A program made the translations under genes and the position numbers. From the NCBI GenBank assembly GCA_038243585.1, contig JBBSQY010000001.1:120369-184368 (forward strand): DNA of 64,000 nt, written 5' to 3'. The DNA is from Candidatus Sumerlaeales bacterium (GTDB taxonomy: Bacteria > Sumerlaeota > Sumerlaeia > Sumerlaeales > Sumerlaeaceae). The notes beneath the pieces are model-generated. The model worked only from the letters and a program-made list of their open reading frames with translations. It was not told the origin of the DNA and did not search any database. Position 1 is the first letter of the stretch; every line of letters begins with the position of its first letter. Of this stretch, positions 1 through 11,536 are shown one piece after another.

Positions 1-810
1 AGCCAGGCGTTCGCAATAAGCTGTCGGTGAAGGAGCCAGATCTACGGCCGCGGCAAAACCCACAGCTCCCAGCATATTCTCTGTGCCGGCTCGACGATAT
101 TTCTCCTGGGAACCGCCAACAATCATGGGATCAATATCAAAGCCCGACCGTACATACAAGGCACCGATTCCCTTGGGACCGTAAATTTTGTGGGCAGCGA
201 AACTCATCATATCAAAGGGCCACAGGCGAACGTCCATTTGGATTTTCGTATGCGCCTGCACGACGTCCAGCAGCCACGGTACCTTAGGATAAGCGAATTT
301 CCGCTTTCTCAGCTCATCCACATTCTGAGTCACGCCGGTTTCGTTGTTCACCAGCAGGAATGCCACCAGCGTTGTTTCCGGCGACAGGTATTCGTCAAGC
401 TTCTCCAGGCAAAGTTGTCCGATGCTATCCACCGGAACATAACAAACCTCCAGCGCATCGCCGTGGATTCTTTTCTCCCACGCGAGCCGCGTACGCACGC
501 CTGCGTGTTCGGTTGTTGATGTGATCACCTTTGCCCGGCCATGATTTTTGACCGCGCGAGAGATGGCGCTCGCGATGGCGAGGTTGTTGGCTTCCGTACC
601 GGAGCCGGTAAACACAATCTCCGCCGGCTTCGCGCCAATGGACTCGGCGATGGTCTTTCTGGCCTCCGCCAGCGCGTGAGCTGCCAGCCGTCCCTCATGA
701 TGTATGCTGGACGGATTGCCATGAATTCGCGCCATACAATCAGTTATGGCCGCAGCCACCTCCGGGGCCATGGGGGTCGTGGCGCAGTTATCCAGGTAAT
801 AGCGCTTCAC
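1..810 (-). CDS. iscS: Cysteine desulfurase (IscS/NifS family), 3'-truncated by window edge
   Basis: Not in ORF track; translated by hand from GTG at 810: MKRYYLDNCATTP...GNPSSIH...IVFTGSGTEANN...TEH...VNNETG...DVVQA...AAHKIYGPKGIG...GGSQE...RAGTEN. GTGA overlap with the upstream gene's stop. Confidence 0.93.
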   Translation of the reverse strand, partial: MKRYYLDNCATTPMAPEVAAAITDCMARIHGNPSSIHHEGRLAAHALAEARKTIAESIGAKPAEIVFTGSGTEANNLAIASAISRAVKNHGRAKVITSTTEHAGVRTRLAWEKRIHGDALEVCYVPVDSIGQLCLEKLDEYLSPETTLVAFLLVNNETGVTQNVDELRKRKFAYPKVPWLLDVVQAHTKIQMDVRLWPFDMMSFAAHKIYGPKGIGALYVRSGFDIDPMIVGGSQEKYRRAGTENMLGAVGFAAAVDLAPSPTAYCERLA

Positions 811-1472
811 CGGCATACGATGCCCCAGAACCAGCGATCCTTTTCCAGCATCAACACCGGCCAGCCGGGCTCCATGACAACGGGGCTTTGAAGCTTCATA
901 TGAAACCTCGGAACGCCAGATGGGGCGCCAGGCGCTACCCAGCGATCTGCGGGCTCGGATTCAAACGGAATCCGCTTCATCATATAATAGAACAGCACTC
1001 CGCCGCCTGTCGGCGCAGCGGATCCATCAGGCAACGCAATTTCGTATTCGCGGTTTTGGACTGCCTCCGGCCCGGTAATGATCATGCCCGGCTCCAGCAG
1101 TTCGCTGCCGGCGGCATCGGATTCACAGCCAAAAACAAGAAAAGGATCAACGATCTGGTCCAGCATTGTGCGGCCTTTTTCCCGGCAACGAACCGTTCCG
1201 CTGCGGGTGATGGTCACCGGCAACTGCTTTCCGAAATTCATAACCCGCGCCGACCAGGGAAACTTGACTGTCAGGTTTCCAAAATTAAAGCAATGCAGCG
1301 TCTGATGGCCACGATACCGAACAATGCTGCTGATGATGCCCCAGTAGTGCAGGCCCTCAGGCTCCTGGAGTTCCGCATTGGCCTCTGCCATTGCTTCATA
1401 GCCAGCCTGATCCAGATATGGGAGACGTCCGCCGGACTTTTTCCAGAGCTTTTGAAAAGCGAGCGGATGCAC
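807..1472 (-). CDS. Hypothetical protein in queD-hyp-iscS operon
   Basis: 221 aa ORF, 36 nt below queD, stop overlaps iscS start. Confidence 0.75.
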   Translation of the reverse strand: MHPLAFQKLWKKSGGRLPYLDQAGYEAMAEANAELQEPEGLHYWGIISSIVRYRGHQTLHCFNFGNLTVKFPWSARVMNFGKQLPVTITRSGTVRCREKGRTMLDQIVDPFLVFGCESDAAGSELLEPGMIITGPEAVQNREYEIALPDGSAAPTGGGVLFYYMMKRIPFESEPADRWVAPGAPSGVPRFHMKLQSPVVMEPGWPVLMLEKDRWFWGIVCR

Positions 1473-1508
1473 TAGTTACAGACTACCCGGTAGCAGCAAT
1501 GTACGAGG

Positions 1509-1919
1509 CTACTCACCCCGGTAAAACGCAACATTGTTATCCGTCTCCCACAGCCGTACCTCAAAAAGTCGGCAATTCTCCGGCAGCCTGTTTTCCAGGT
1601 AGCCCCAAAACTTGATTACCATATTTTCCGCAGTCGGAATGACCCCCTGCATGAAGTCGACATCCACGTTCAAATTTTTGTGATCGACCCGATCCACAAT
1701 CTCCTGATCCAGAAGATCCTTCAGAGCTTTCAAGTCCATCACCATGCCAGTATTCTCGCCCACTGAGCCGCATACTGTCACTTCGAGCACATAGTTGTGC
1801 CCATGGCCGTTTGCGCTATTGCATTTGCCATACAAAGCCACATTCTCGGCGTCGGTCAGCGCCGGACTGTGAAGCCGGTGACTCGCACAAAAATCAACTT
1901 TCCTGCTGATATAGATCAT
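1509..1919 (-). CDS. queD: 6-carboxytetrahydropterin / 6-pyruvoyl-tetrahydropterin synthase
   Basis: FCASHRL, KCNSANGHGHNY, DHKNLN, PTAEN, VRLWET motifs. Confidence 0.9.
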   Translation of the reverse strand: MIYISRKVDFCASHRLHSPALTDAENVALYGKCNSANGHGHNYVLEVTVCGSVGENTGMVMDLKALKDLLDQEIVDRVDHKNLNVDVDFMQGVIPTAENMVIKFWGYLENRLPENCRLFEVRLWETDNNVAFYRGE

Positions 1920-2196
1920 CTTTTATCAAGTTCCCGTATCTTAGGATAGTCTTATAGAAAAACGGACGGGTCCCCTATTCGACCTTTGCGCGCTGATTAA
2001 CGTCTTCGGTAAAATAAACCCTTATAAGTCCATCTGCGGTTACGGCTGTTGCTCCGGTTTTTTCAAGATATCGGGAATTTCCATGAATGGAAAGCTGTCT
2101 GAATGCTCTTCGGGTAAGGTTGCACGGGGCTAAACAGAATTTCGCGCCGGAAAACCGCCAAAGTGTATGCGCGTCAGCCCCCGTATTTGCAGATGA

Positions 2197-3570
<1,374 letters not shown>

Positions 3571-3630
3571 CTATTTGACGCACAGCTACAGGGCACAATG
3601 ATAAGCCAAAAACAAAACACCTGGAAATAG

Positions 3631-3663
3631 AAAAGCCCCTGATCATTTCGATCAGGGGCTTTT
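3631..3663. terminator. Bidirectional intrinsic terminator
   Basis: AAAAGCCCCTGATC-atttc-GATCAGGGGCTTTT between convergent genes. Confidence 0.85.
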
Positions 3664-3676
3664 AGTTTAATATTGC

Positions 3677-4018
3677 TTAGTGGAAAATCAGATAGCCCAG
3701 TCCGATGCCAAGCAGACCGGCGGTAAACACATCGCTGCCCACGCCAAATCCTGGACGGCCGTAGGTGTTGCCATAAGGCATTGTTGCACAAGGGCCGCAG
3801 CCATAGCCGGCGTTGTACATCCCTACCGGGCGCGCGTAGTTTGCAGGCATTGGGGGAGCATATGCACCGCTATTATAACCGGTGTAGCTGGAAGTGGCGC
3901 TATAGCCCGTATAAGGCCGCTCGTAACCCTGAAGTTCGCCACCGGCAGATCCGGAGGTTGGGGCCGCGACGCTAAGGGCGGCTAAAGCGATTGCTGCTGC
4001 TAAAGTCTTGATGCTCAT
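3677..4018 (-). CDS. Secreted Gly/Tyr/Pro-rich protein with C-terminal hydrophobic helix
   Basis: Signal peptide MSIKTLAAAIALAALSVA; AGGAG RBS; terminal GLLGIGLGYLIFH. Confidence 0.75.
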   Translation of the reverse strand: MSIKTLAAAIALAALSVAAPTSGSAGGELQGYERPYTGYSATSSYTGYNSGAYAPPMPANYARPVGMYNAGYGCGPCATMPYGNTYGRPGFGVGSDVFTAGLLGIGLGYLIFH

Positions 4019-4158
4019 GATAATCTCCTAAGGTATGTTGTCCACCGAAACCCGGTTTTGACCAGAAGTCGGGGCTATTGCAAATCTAATGGAATAAGGA
4101 CACGGGTGTTATACGACAGGGAAGCGACCAAATCAGATAATGCGACTCAAGGCAATGC

Positions 4159-4503
4159 TTAATTCATGCCAACTGAACAGGAAACAACGCATATCTTGCG
4201 TGGAATCTCGACTTCCTGTTTGTACATTCGTTCGCCGTTGTCCACATACTTATCCGAGTAAACCACTGTCGGATAAAGTTTAAAAGAGCCCTGCGGAACA
4301 GATGAAACATCGAGTTCCACGCCGCCCTTGCCTAGCCAGCCAGTCATGGCTTCGCAGGCAGAACAGCCTTTTATCATGTGAATCATTGAGACACAGACTT
4401 TGGCTGGTTTAGGTTTTGCTTTTGGCGCAGCCTGACTGCTGGAGACGACCAGCAATCCTAATATGCACATCATGCATAGTCTTGTAAAAATTTTCATTAT
4501 CAA
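4159..4503 (-). CDS. Secreted small Cys-rich protein, glutaredoxin-like CxxC
   Basis: Signal peptide (SSSQA), GCSAC, YPTV cis-Pro-like motif. Confidence 0.6.
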   Translation of the reverse strand: MIMKIFTRLCMMCILGLLVVSSSQAAPKAKPKPAKVCVSMIHMIKGCSACEAMTGWLGKGGVELDVSSVPQGSFKLYPTVVYSDKYVDNGERMYKQEVEIPRKICVVSCSVGMN

Positions 4504-4651
4504 CCCTGGTTGCTTCCTTGCCCGCCAGGCAAACTCTCATGATCAGGGTTTGGCGGAATGGAAACTTTTAAATTATTACCAATTCAGTGGGAGAACGCGC
4601 CACGGGGTCGTCAAGGAATTTTTCACACCACGGCATGACGAGTATTTGATA

Positions 4652-4775
4652 AAGTAGTACAGGCGTCTGGCCCGTGGTAAAATCCGTTATTTTATTACGC
4701 GCCTCGACTAAAAAACAGGGATATTGGGGTTGGAAGAGGACTTGTTCATACAGGCGGGATGCCTAAGGCTACTTC
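4652..4775. repeat. Inverted pair of family-A REP copies (REPIN-like)
   Basis: Degenerate aagtagtacaggcgtctggcccgtg at 4652-4676 facing a reverse copy gaagtagccttaggcatcccgcctgtatg at 4775-4747. Confidence 0.6.
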
Positions 4776-4776
4776 A

Positions 4777-4822
4777 AAAAAAAATAGGTCCCGGTATCGC
4801 CTGTTCTAGCGATGCCGGGACC
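4777..4822 (-). terminator. Intrinsic terminator after ECF sigma gene
   Basis: GGTCCCGGtATCGC...GCGATgCCGGGACC stem with A-run (U-tract on minus strand). Confidence 0.8.
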
Positions 4823-4865
4823 ATAAACTTGCCACCCGCTTAACGGGCGATTAATACTTGGGACG

Positions 4866-5531
4866 TCAGTCCAGAATTTCCTTCATCAGTTCCCGCAATT
4901 CCTGGCGGGCGTTAAACAAACGGCTCATTACAGTTCCGATGGGGATGTTTAGTGCTTCCGCGATCTCTTTATAGGACAGGTTATGAAAGTGCTTCATGAT
5001 GATGATCTCACGGAAATCCGGTTTTAGCCGATCAATAGCGCGCCACAGATTAATACGGGTTTCGCTCTCTTCATACATATCCCGCGGCGTCGGCTTATCG
5101 TCCTCAAACTGCGCGAACGTCTCTTCTTCCAGCTCTTCCAGCGAGTCATTGCGGACGCGCTGATTCTTTTTGATGTAGTTCAGGCAATGGTTCTTAATGA
5201 TTTTATAGAACCATGGGAAGAAGGGGGAGTTCAGATCAAACGTCTTGATCGCTTTGAAGGCTTTCACGAACGCATCCTGCGAAAGATCCAGCGCGTCTTC
5301 ATGGTTGCCCACAAAGCCCAGTGCAACATAATAAGCCTTCTGCTTATATGCGTTCACCAGATCTTCAAAGGCGGCGACTTCGCCATATTGCACGCGGCGG
5401 ATGATCTCTTTTTCTTCTTCAGGAGACAGGAACCGCTGGCCTGCATCCTCCTCAAGGGTGCGGGTACGGGTTTCCGGTTTTTCAACCGCCGTCTCGCGTT
5501 CTTCCAGTTCTATCGTTTTCGTTTTTGGCAT
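4866..5531 (-). CDS. ECF RNA polymerase sigma-70 factor
   Basis: Region 2 DALDLSQDAFVKAF...FFPWFYKI; region 4 LSYKEIAEALNIPIGTVMSRLFNAR; start chosen at MPKTK. Confidence 0.93.
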   Translation of the reverse strand: MPKTKTIELEERETAVEKPETRTRTLEEDAGQRFLSPEEEKEIIRRVQYGEVAAFEDLVNAYKQKAYYVALGFVGNHEDALDLSQDAFVKAFKAIKTFDLNSPFFPWFYKIIKNHCLNYIKKNQRVRNDSLEELEEETFAQFEDDKPTPRDMYEESETRINLWRAIDRLKPDFREIIIMKHFHNLSYKEIAEALNIPIGTVMSRLFNARQELRELMKEILD

Positions 5532-5923
5532 AGTATTGTCTTGTGACTCCAGAGTCTCCCGTCGTGTTTCTTGGTATTTCGGGTACCCCCCGTCGAACGG
5601 GAAACGGAGCAAACCCCTTTACAAATTTTTAAGTCGTTCCTGTGTAAACAGAAAGTATATGCATAAATCGTTCCGGCGCAGTGTATTTGGCGCGCTTTAG
5701 ATACAAGACGAACTGCAGTCCCTTACCCAAAGCCCCCGTATCGCTCTGATCCAATTACTCTTATGAAGTGCAGTCCTGTTTTAACTATCGTCCTTTTTAA
5801 TTTATCGGGGTATTGGGCTTAGCAGTTTGCCTCCGATAAAAAACCTCACTTAAGACGTTTTAGACAACATTTCTTCTTTTCAGGCAAAAAACTGGTTCAT
5901 AATGTCACACCGGATGCAGCGAC

Positions 5924-6391
5924 CTACTGATGTTGACCGTAGCGGCCGCCTCGAACCCAGTCGTCGTAGCTGTCCCAGTACCAGTGGCTTCGGCTTGAGC
6001 CACAGAGCTGTCCTGGACAGTATATGCCGCCAGCCTTATAGTTGGCCGTTTTCTGGTCAGGATTCATGAACGGGTAGTAAGTCGGGTGAAGCCCTTCATA
6101 CATATTATGTTCTGAAGGATAGTAGTAAGTAGGACCGTAGAAGTCGTTCATTTCCGCTCCGTGCCCCGTGGGGTGCAGTGGGGCCGGCAAGGGTACACTT
6201 CGAGTTACCTGATCGCCTGCACGATATATGGGGCGAAGCGCGCTGCGTTCAATGCTGCGAGGCGCTGGGAGTTTTTGACGGGTTGGCACAGGCATTTGCC
6301 ATTGCCCCGGCTGCAGCTCGCCACCCGCCAGGGCGGGCGCTGCTACAGCCGATGCCATTAAAAGTACTATCCAGCGCAATTGGATGATCAC
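5924..6391 (-). CDS. Secreted Tyr/Pro-rich hypothetical protein
   Basis: GTG at 6391 after AAGGA; signal peptide ending APALA. Confidence 0.65.
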   Translation of the reverse strand: MIIQLRWIVLLMASAVAAPALAGGELQPGQWQMPVPTRQKLPAPRSIERSALRPIYRAGDQVTRSVPLPAPLHPTGHGAEMNDFYGPTYYYPSEHNMYEGLHPTYYPFMNPDQKTANYKAGGIYCPGQLCGSSRSHWYWDSYDDWVRGGRYGQHQ

Positions 6392-6696
6392 GTTTTTTCC
6401 TTGGTTCCATAGTAACCCAATATATTCAGCGGACATACAAGAGGTTGGAACGCTTGTCTGCGATTGCAAAAGGGTGTTCAATAGAAATCGACAGGTGATA
6501 TGAATTTTTTTCCCTGCGAGGGCACCTGAACCAAAGACCGGGTGGGTAAAATAGAGATGCCAACTAATGGAACGGGACATGATGACCCTCCGTGCAGCAG
6601 AGTAGCGGCGCGTTAATTTTATTAACCCAGCTCTTGACACGCCCTTCGTCCCAGCGCAGCCATTGGATATTCGCCTGTATATAAAGAGGTCGCAAA

Positions 6697-7368
6697 ATGA
6701 ACAAGCCAGCCGGATTACCTAAAGTTCTATCCAGTGCATTAACCATATTTGTGGCGATGTTCGCCGCGAGCGCCGTTGCCCAGACCAGCCCTCATACCCT
6801 CTGGACTGAGCCGGTTACTGAAGCTGGCGTCACCTATCAGCGTCCGCCCAAGTTCAACTACACCCAGCAGGGTCAGCCGGTCATGGAAAAGCGTTTTCCA
6901 TATCTGGAGAGCCGACGTTACTCTCCGCTGAAAAAGTTTCGTTACCTGGAAAACATGGGCGGCGCCGTCGCAATGATGGCCAGCCTGCAGACATTTCCCG
7001 GCGGCGGACAATGCCGCCCCCTGAGTGAACAACAAAACAAGATTCTCCGGGAGTGGGGCGAGCCTGACTACATTCGCGGTCCGTATAAAAGTACCCGCAA
7101 TGATTTCATCATCGACTGGGCTTACCACCAGAGCAATCGCATCTTTCAGTTTGCCGATGCTGTTATGGTTTATGAAGGCCCGCTCACAGATCAGGATCGC
7201 ACCGCCATTACCTACGGCATTCCAGAAGAAGCTATTATTAATTATATGGAACCGAACATCAAACGGGAAACGTGGATTTACAGGCCTGTTTTCATACTCG
7301 GTACTGGTCGGGAAAGACTTTTCAGCTTCTCCAATGGTGAACTTGTCCACCATCAGGAAAGCCCATAA
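6697..7368 (+). CDS. Secreted hypothetical protein with two internal G-x-P-(D/E)...W-x-Y units
   Basis: GAGG RBS, signal peptide; WGEPDY...DWAY and YGIPEE...TWIY. Confidence 0.75.
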   Translation: MNKPAGLPKVLSSALTIFVAMFAASAVAQTSPHTLWTEPVTEAGVTYQRPPKFNYTQQGQPVMEKRFPYLESRRYSPLKKFRYLENMGGAVAMMASLQTFPGGGQCRPLSEQQNKILREWGEPDYIRGPYKSTRNDFIIDWAYHQSNRIFQFADAVMVYEGPLTDQDRTAITYGIPEEAIINYMEPNIKRETWIYRPVFILGTGRERLFSFSNGELVHHQESP

Positions 7369-7427
7369 ACAACCGTATCCCTGCCAGGTGTAAGCCTGGT
7401 CTACGGTGTCATAATTATCGGAGTGTT

Positions 7428-8843
7428 ATGTCGTATTCTAACAATATAACCGCATTGCTTTGCGTCATGTGTCTGGCTGCCAGCCTTACGGCGGCACCAC
7501 CTTCTCGTGCAGCGGGCGGACGTGCGCGCGCAATTGATCTACTTGCGGAGGGCCAGACCCTCGAAAATCAGGGAAACTCCCAGGGTGCATACCAGAAATA
7601 TTATGAGTCAGCCCAGCTGGCCCCCAGCCCATCTGCTTATTACCACCTTGGCAGGGTCGCCCGGCTTTCTGGCCAGACAGATATGGCACGTCAATATCTA
7701 AACTACGCCTTAAACCTGAACCCGACATTCGAGTTAGCTAAAGTCGAACTTATGCAGCTGAACGCCGGCGGGTCAACGCCTAGCGCTGTTGTCAAAACGG
7801 TTTCCGGAGAGCTATCCGGAGAAGTTGCGCCGGGCTCTGCAAATAACGCTGCGGCCTCCATTAATCAGCCCATGAACGTAGACGCGCTCCGCCGCGAAGT
7901 GCTTACAATGCAAAGTCTGGCTCCGCCCGACAGCGCCGTCGCCTCAGCAACAGCACCTGGAACCATCAGCTCGGCGGATGCGGCTCCAGAGCCGGAAACG
8001 CCTATGGATATCGTTTTAGAAGATCCGGCAGAAGAAGACTCGGCCAACTCTGAAGTCTCTGACATGCTTTCTCCTACCATCTCCCCACCTGGCGACGGTC
8101 CTCTGACCCTGCCCTCCCTTGCCCAGGGGCCTGACGCCAGTGTCGAAGGCGATGTCACGGTGGCCAGTTCCACTCCATCTCGCACCGATATTAATGAAGC
8201 CGCTTTTGGCGCAGAATCCCAAAAGACCTCCGGCTCTCTCGGCTACGGGCAGACCTCCAAAGTCGTATTGGGTACATTTGCCTTCCATCGGGAAAAGGGA
8301 GATCAGTATCGCACCGCAAACCGATTTAAGGAAGCCGCGGTTGAATATAAGACAGCCTTGGAAGCGTCGCCAAACGACGCCGAAACCCGCACACTTCTGG
8401 CAGAAATGTATGGCCGGATCGGCGATTCAACTAAGGCGGTAACGCAGTTTGACAAAGCGAAAACCGTTGCGCCGGCAGATGATCGCATTTATTATAAGGA
8501 AGGCAACACCTACTTTGACGAGCAAAAGTATGACTTGGCCATCGGATCATACACGAAAGCACTGGATCTGAATCCAAACAACAAGTTTGCCCTTAACAAC
8601 CTTGGCGTCGCATACATGGAAAAGAAAGATTACTCAAAAGCCGCAGAAAAGTTTAAGCAGGTGCTTAAAATCGACCCTGCATACGAAATGGCCGTGTTAA
8701 ATCTCGGTCTGATATATGACGAGCATATTATAGACCGGGACCAGGCGCTCAAGTACTACGACCGCTATCTGGAACTTAAAGGATCGCGAGCCGGCGAAGT
8801 TCAGCGGTGGGCGGATGCTTTAAAGGCGAAACCGGCAAGCTGA
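7428..8843 (+). CDS. Secreted tetratricopeptide repeat protein
   Basis: Signal peptide, N- and C-terminal TPR arrays (ALDLNPNN, ALNNLGVAY), acidic Pro/Ser linker. Confidence 0.9.
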   Translation: MSYSNNITALLCVMCLAASLTAAPPSRAAGGRARAIDLLAEGQTLENQGNSQGAYQKYYESAQLAPSPSAYYHLGRVARLSGQTDMARQYLNYALNLNPTFELAKVELMQLNAGGSTPSAVVKTVSGELSGEVAPGSANNAAASINQPMNVDALRREVLTMQSLAPPDSAVASATAPGTISSADAAPEPETPMDIVLEDPAEEDSANSEVSDMLSPTISPPGDGPLTLPSLAQGPDASVEGDVTVASSTPSRTDINEAAFGAESQKTSGSLGYGQTSKVVLGTFAFHREKGDQYRTANRFKEAAVEYKTALEASPNDAETRTLLAEMYGRIGDSTKAVTQFDKAKTVAPADDRIYYKEGNTYFDEQKYDLAIGSYTKALDLNPNNKFALNNLGVAYMEKKDYSKAAEKFKQVLKIDPAYEMAVLNLGLIYDEHIIDRDQALKYYDRYLELKGSRAGEVQRWADALKAKPAS

Positions 8844-8861
8844 TAGTTTTGATGTTTTTAA

Positions 8862-10466
8862 TTGGCAGTCTACGCAATGCCACCTGAGGGCGAAGTCGCG
8901 CAGCAGCAGGGCGGCATGCCCGTCGGAGGTGGCAACAAGACAAGACGCGCGTCGAGTCTGGATGCGCTACGGGGACTGGCCATTCTGGGCATGGTGCTCA
9001 GTGGCTTTTTGCCGTATATGAATCATACGTTGCCCGCGTGGATGTACCACGGTCAGTCTCCGCCGCCAACTCATGCCTTTGCACCGCATATTTCTGGCAT
9101 CACCTGGGTCGATTTGGTTTTCCCGCTCTTTCTATTTTCCATGGGCGCTGCCATTCCCCTCGCGCTATCCCGTCGCCTTCATGACGGTGCCGGGCGAATC
9201 GGACTAGCGTTCATGGTATTTGGCAGGGGGTTGCTACTCCTGTTTTTTGCTTTGTACAGGCAAAATTTGCGACCAGATTTGCTGGTCGCTAACCATGGTC
9301 GGCTTGCGTGGGGTATCGGAATCTGCGCTTTTATTGTGCTGTTCGCCATTTTCACGCGCTTGCCGTCCCATTGGCCATCCTGGCGCCGCTTCATGCTTCG
9401 CGCCGTAGGGTGGATCGCCGCTATTGTTCTGCTCGCCTCTGTTCGCCATGCGGACGGAACCAGTTTTTCCGTTCATCGCCACGATATTATTTTAGTACTT
9501 CTCGCGAATGTGGTCGTATCCACATCTCTGGTATGGCTATGGTCGCCGCATCGCTACACAGGACGCCTTTGCGTCATGGCCCTGGTAATAACGGGCCATC
9601 TTGCGCGGCGCTACGCCCCGTGGGGGTTCTCGGTTACCGAACTTAACTTCCTGTCCCCCGTTTTAGGTGAGCGGATATTTAACGGCTTGATCTGGGCCTG
9701 TAGTCCCGCATATCAGAAATATCTGTTGATAACGCTGCCGGGAACCATCGTGGGCGATGTCCTCGTCACCTGGCTCCGGCCGGCAGCGCAGCGTCTCAGC
9801 TTCAGCATACAAGACAGCCGCTGGGGCCAGCTCAGCCTGTTGCGTTGTGCGTGTCTGGCCGCGATATGTCTCGCCATAGTAGTTTTCGGAATAGCCGGCC
9901 TAAGCTTTAACGACTGGCGCTTTGTTGCTTCAATATCGGCAGCCCTCGGCGCCGCCGGATTCATCCTGCTATATAGTCCGCCGGGGCGCAGCCGAATGAA
10001 ATTGTCATCCGCCAGGCAGCGACAGCCTCGCGTTAGTGCCCTGCTATTTAGAGCCCTGTTTGGATGGGGCATGATCTGGCTTGTGTTAGGTCTGGCGCTG
10101 TTTCCATATCAGCAAGGCATCCGTAAAGATCCGGCCACGCTGAGCTATCTGTTCGTCACTGCCGGCCTTGGGCATATGTGCCTGATTTTTTTCGCCGTAT
10201 TGACAGAAACCTTTCACAAGCCCGCACCGCTGTTCCTTTTGAGAGACAACGGGCAAAATCCAATGATAGCCTACGTCGTACCAGGCATGGTAATTTTGCC
10301 GATCCTTCACCTGATACCCGGAACCGACGGACAAACCGCCTGGGAGCTAATACTCGCCCAAACGGCTACGCCATGGGCCGGATTCTGGCGGGCAATTATC
10401 TTGACGCTTTTAACAGCAATCCTTGTTTCCATAATCACCCGCCTGAGAATCTTCTGGCGAACATAA
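8862..10466 (+). CDS. DUF5009 / HGSNAT-like membrane acyltransferase
   Basis: SLDALRGLAILGM, LPAWMYH, GITWVDLVFPLFLFSMG, GIRKDPAT, GQNPMIAY, terminal IFWRT; start uncertain. Confidence 0.85.
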   Translation: MAVYAMPPEGEVAQQQGGMPVGGGNKTRRASSLDALRGLAILGMVLSGFLPYMNHTLPAWMYHGQSPPPTHAFAPHISGITWVDLVFPLFLFSMGAAIPLALSRRLHDGAGRIGLAFMVFGRGLLLLFFALYRQNLRPDLLVANHGRLAWGIGICAFIVLFAIFTRLPSHWPSWRRFMLRAVGWIAAIVLLASVRHADGTSFSVHRHDIILVLLANVVVSTSLVWLWSPHRYTGRLCVMALVITGHLARRYAPWGFSVTELNFLSPVLGERIFNGLIWACSPAYQKYLLITLPGTIVGDVLVTWLRPAAQRLSFSIQDSRWGQLSLLRCACLAAICLAIVVFGIAGLSFNDWRFVASISAALGAAGFILLYSPPGRSRMKLSSARQRQPRVSALLFRALFGWGMIWLVLGLALFPYQQGIRKDPATLSYLFVTAGLGHMCLIFFAVLTETFHKPAPLFLLRDNGQNPMIAYVVPGMVILPILHLIPGTDGQTAWELILAQTATPWAGFWRAIILTLLTAILVSIITRLRIFWRT

Positions 10467-10473
10467 TAAACAC

Positions 10474-10498
10474 GTAGGATGGGCATTCCTGCCCGTCT
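10474..10498 (+). repeat. REP family B copy
   Basis: GTAGGATGGGCATTCCTGCCCGTCT, also at 60034-60203. Confidence 0.8.
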
Positions 10499-10625
10499 TA
10501 GTGGACGTAGTCGAAGAGTTCAACTGCCAGACTTTTCAAAAAAACGCCACCGCGATCACCGGCGCAAAATCCTATGCGATACGCTTGGTATTACCAGCCT
10601 CATCAGCAAAGAGGTCCACGTTCAA

Positions 10626-11423
10626 TTAATTCGCCTGTGATCCTTTTGCGGAAGCCAGGAAACGATCAACCTCTGCAAGAACCTGCTCCGGCGGATCGTA
10701 GGCTTTTACGACTTTTACCGGCGTTACTCCACCGCGTCCATCGGCTGTGCCAAGCACCAGCGTCGGCGTCCCTCGAACACCAAGAGACTGCCCAAGGGCC
10801 TTGTCTTTATTGACCTCAAGCGCGGCCTCGCCACTTCGCATGCAAGCACTGAATGCGCTTTGATCTACCCCAAGTGTTTGTGCGTACTGAGCATAGACAG
10901 GCGCAGATAACTGGGACTGATTGTTCATAATCTGCTGACGCATTTTTTCTGCCGAACTGCCCGCGCATCTGGCGGCAACGGCAGCCTCTGTTGCCTGACC
11001 ATGAACCGGCAACGGGAAATCCCGCCATTGATAGACAGCTTTGCTGCCGCTAACCCGCTCGAGAATAGAATTTTTCAGTCCGCCATTAAATTGGGCGCTA
11101 TCCGGACACTGCAAATCGCTAAACTCCATAATGACTGGAGTTCCCGCCGCTAATGAGCTTTGATTTGCCTGTCCCGTTGCTTTGCTTGCCCCTGCATCTA
11201 TGGGTGCAGACGCACTGCGTTCCGTACCGGCATTGCCAGTGACGGGCGCTGACTGCACCGAAGAATTACCGGGAGCCTGACTTGGGGCGGTCGAACCGGA
11301 TTGAAAGGTTTGTCCTGGCCGACTTCCCAGCGGCTGATTTGCGACCGGCTGCGCTTGCCCTGGTATTGGAAACAAAATTGTTGCCGCCGCCAGGGTTAAA
11401 AATGATCTTGTTAAAATCTGCAT
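10626..11423 (-). CDS. DsbA-family thioredoxin-fold protein (CxxS variant)
   Basis: EFSDLQCPDS, DFPL..H, AARCA, GVRGTPT; signal peptide. Confidence 0.85.
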   Translation of the reverse strand: MQILTRSFLTLAAATILFPIPGQAQPVANQPLGSRPGQTFQSGSTAPSQAPGNSSVQSAPVTGNAGTERSASAPIDAGASKATGQANQSSLAAGTPVIMEFSDLQCPDSAQFNGGLKNSILERVSGSKAVYQWRDFPLPVHGQATEAAVAARCAGSSAEKMRQQIMNNQSQLSAPVYAQYAQTLGVDQSAFSACMRSGEAALEVNKDKALGQSLGVRGTPTLVLGTADGRGGVTPVKVVKAYDPPEQVLAEVDRFLASAKGSQAN

Positions 11424-11536
11424 TTGATACGCCTTTAAAATTGGATTTTTAGCAACTCCAACCTATATCCTGCAGGATTCGTGCCGATTGTATGGTAACA
11501 GTTGAACCATTCGTTCTCAGCAGTGTATTAAGCTGC

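Noticed and set aside
4515..4560. Hairpin containing GGCAAAC as a c-di-GMP-I riboswitch
   Set aside because: No GAAA loop or GACGCAAAGC element, and it is on the strand opposite the downstream gene.
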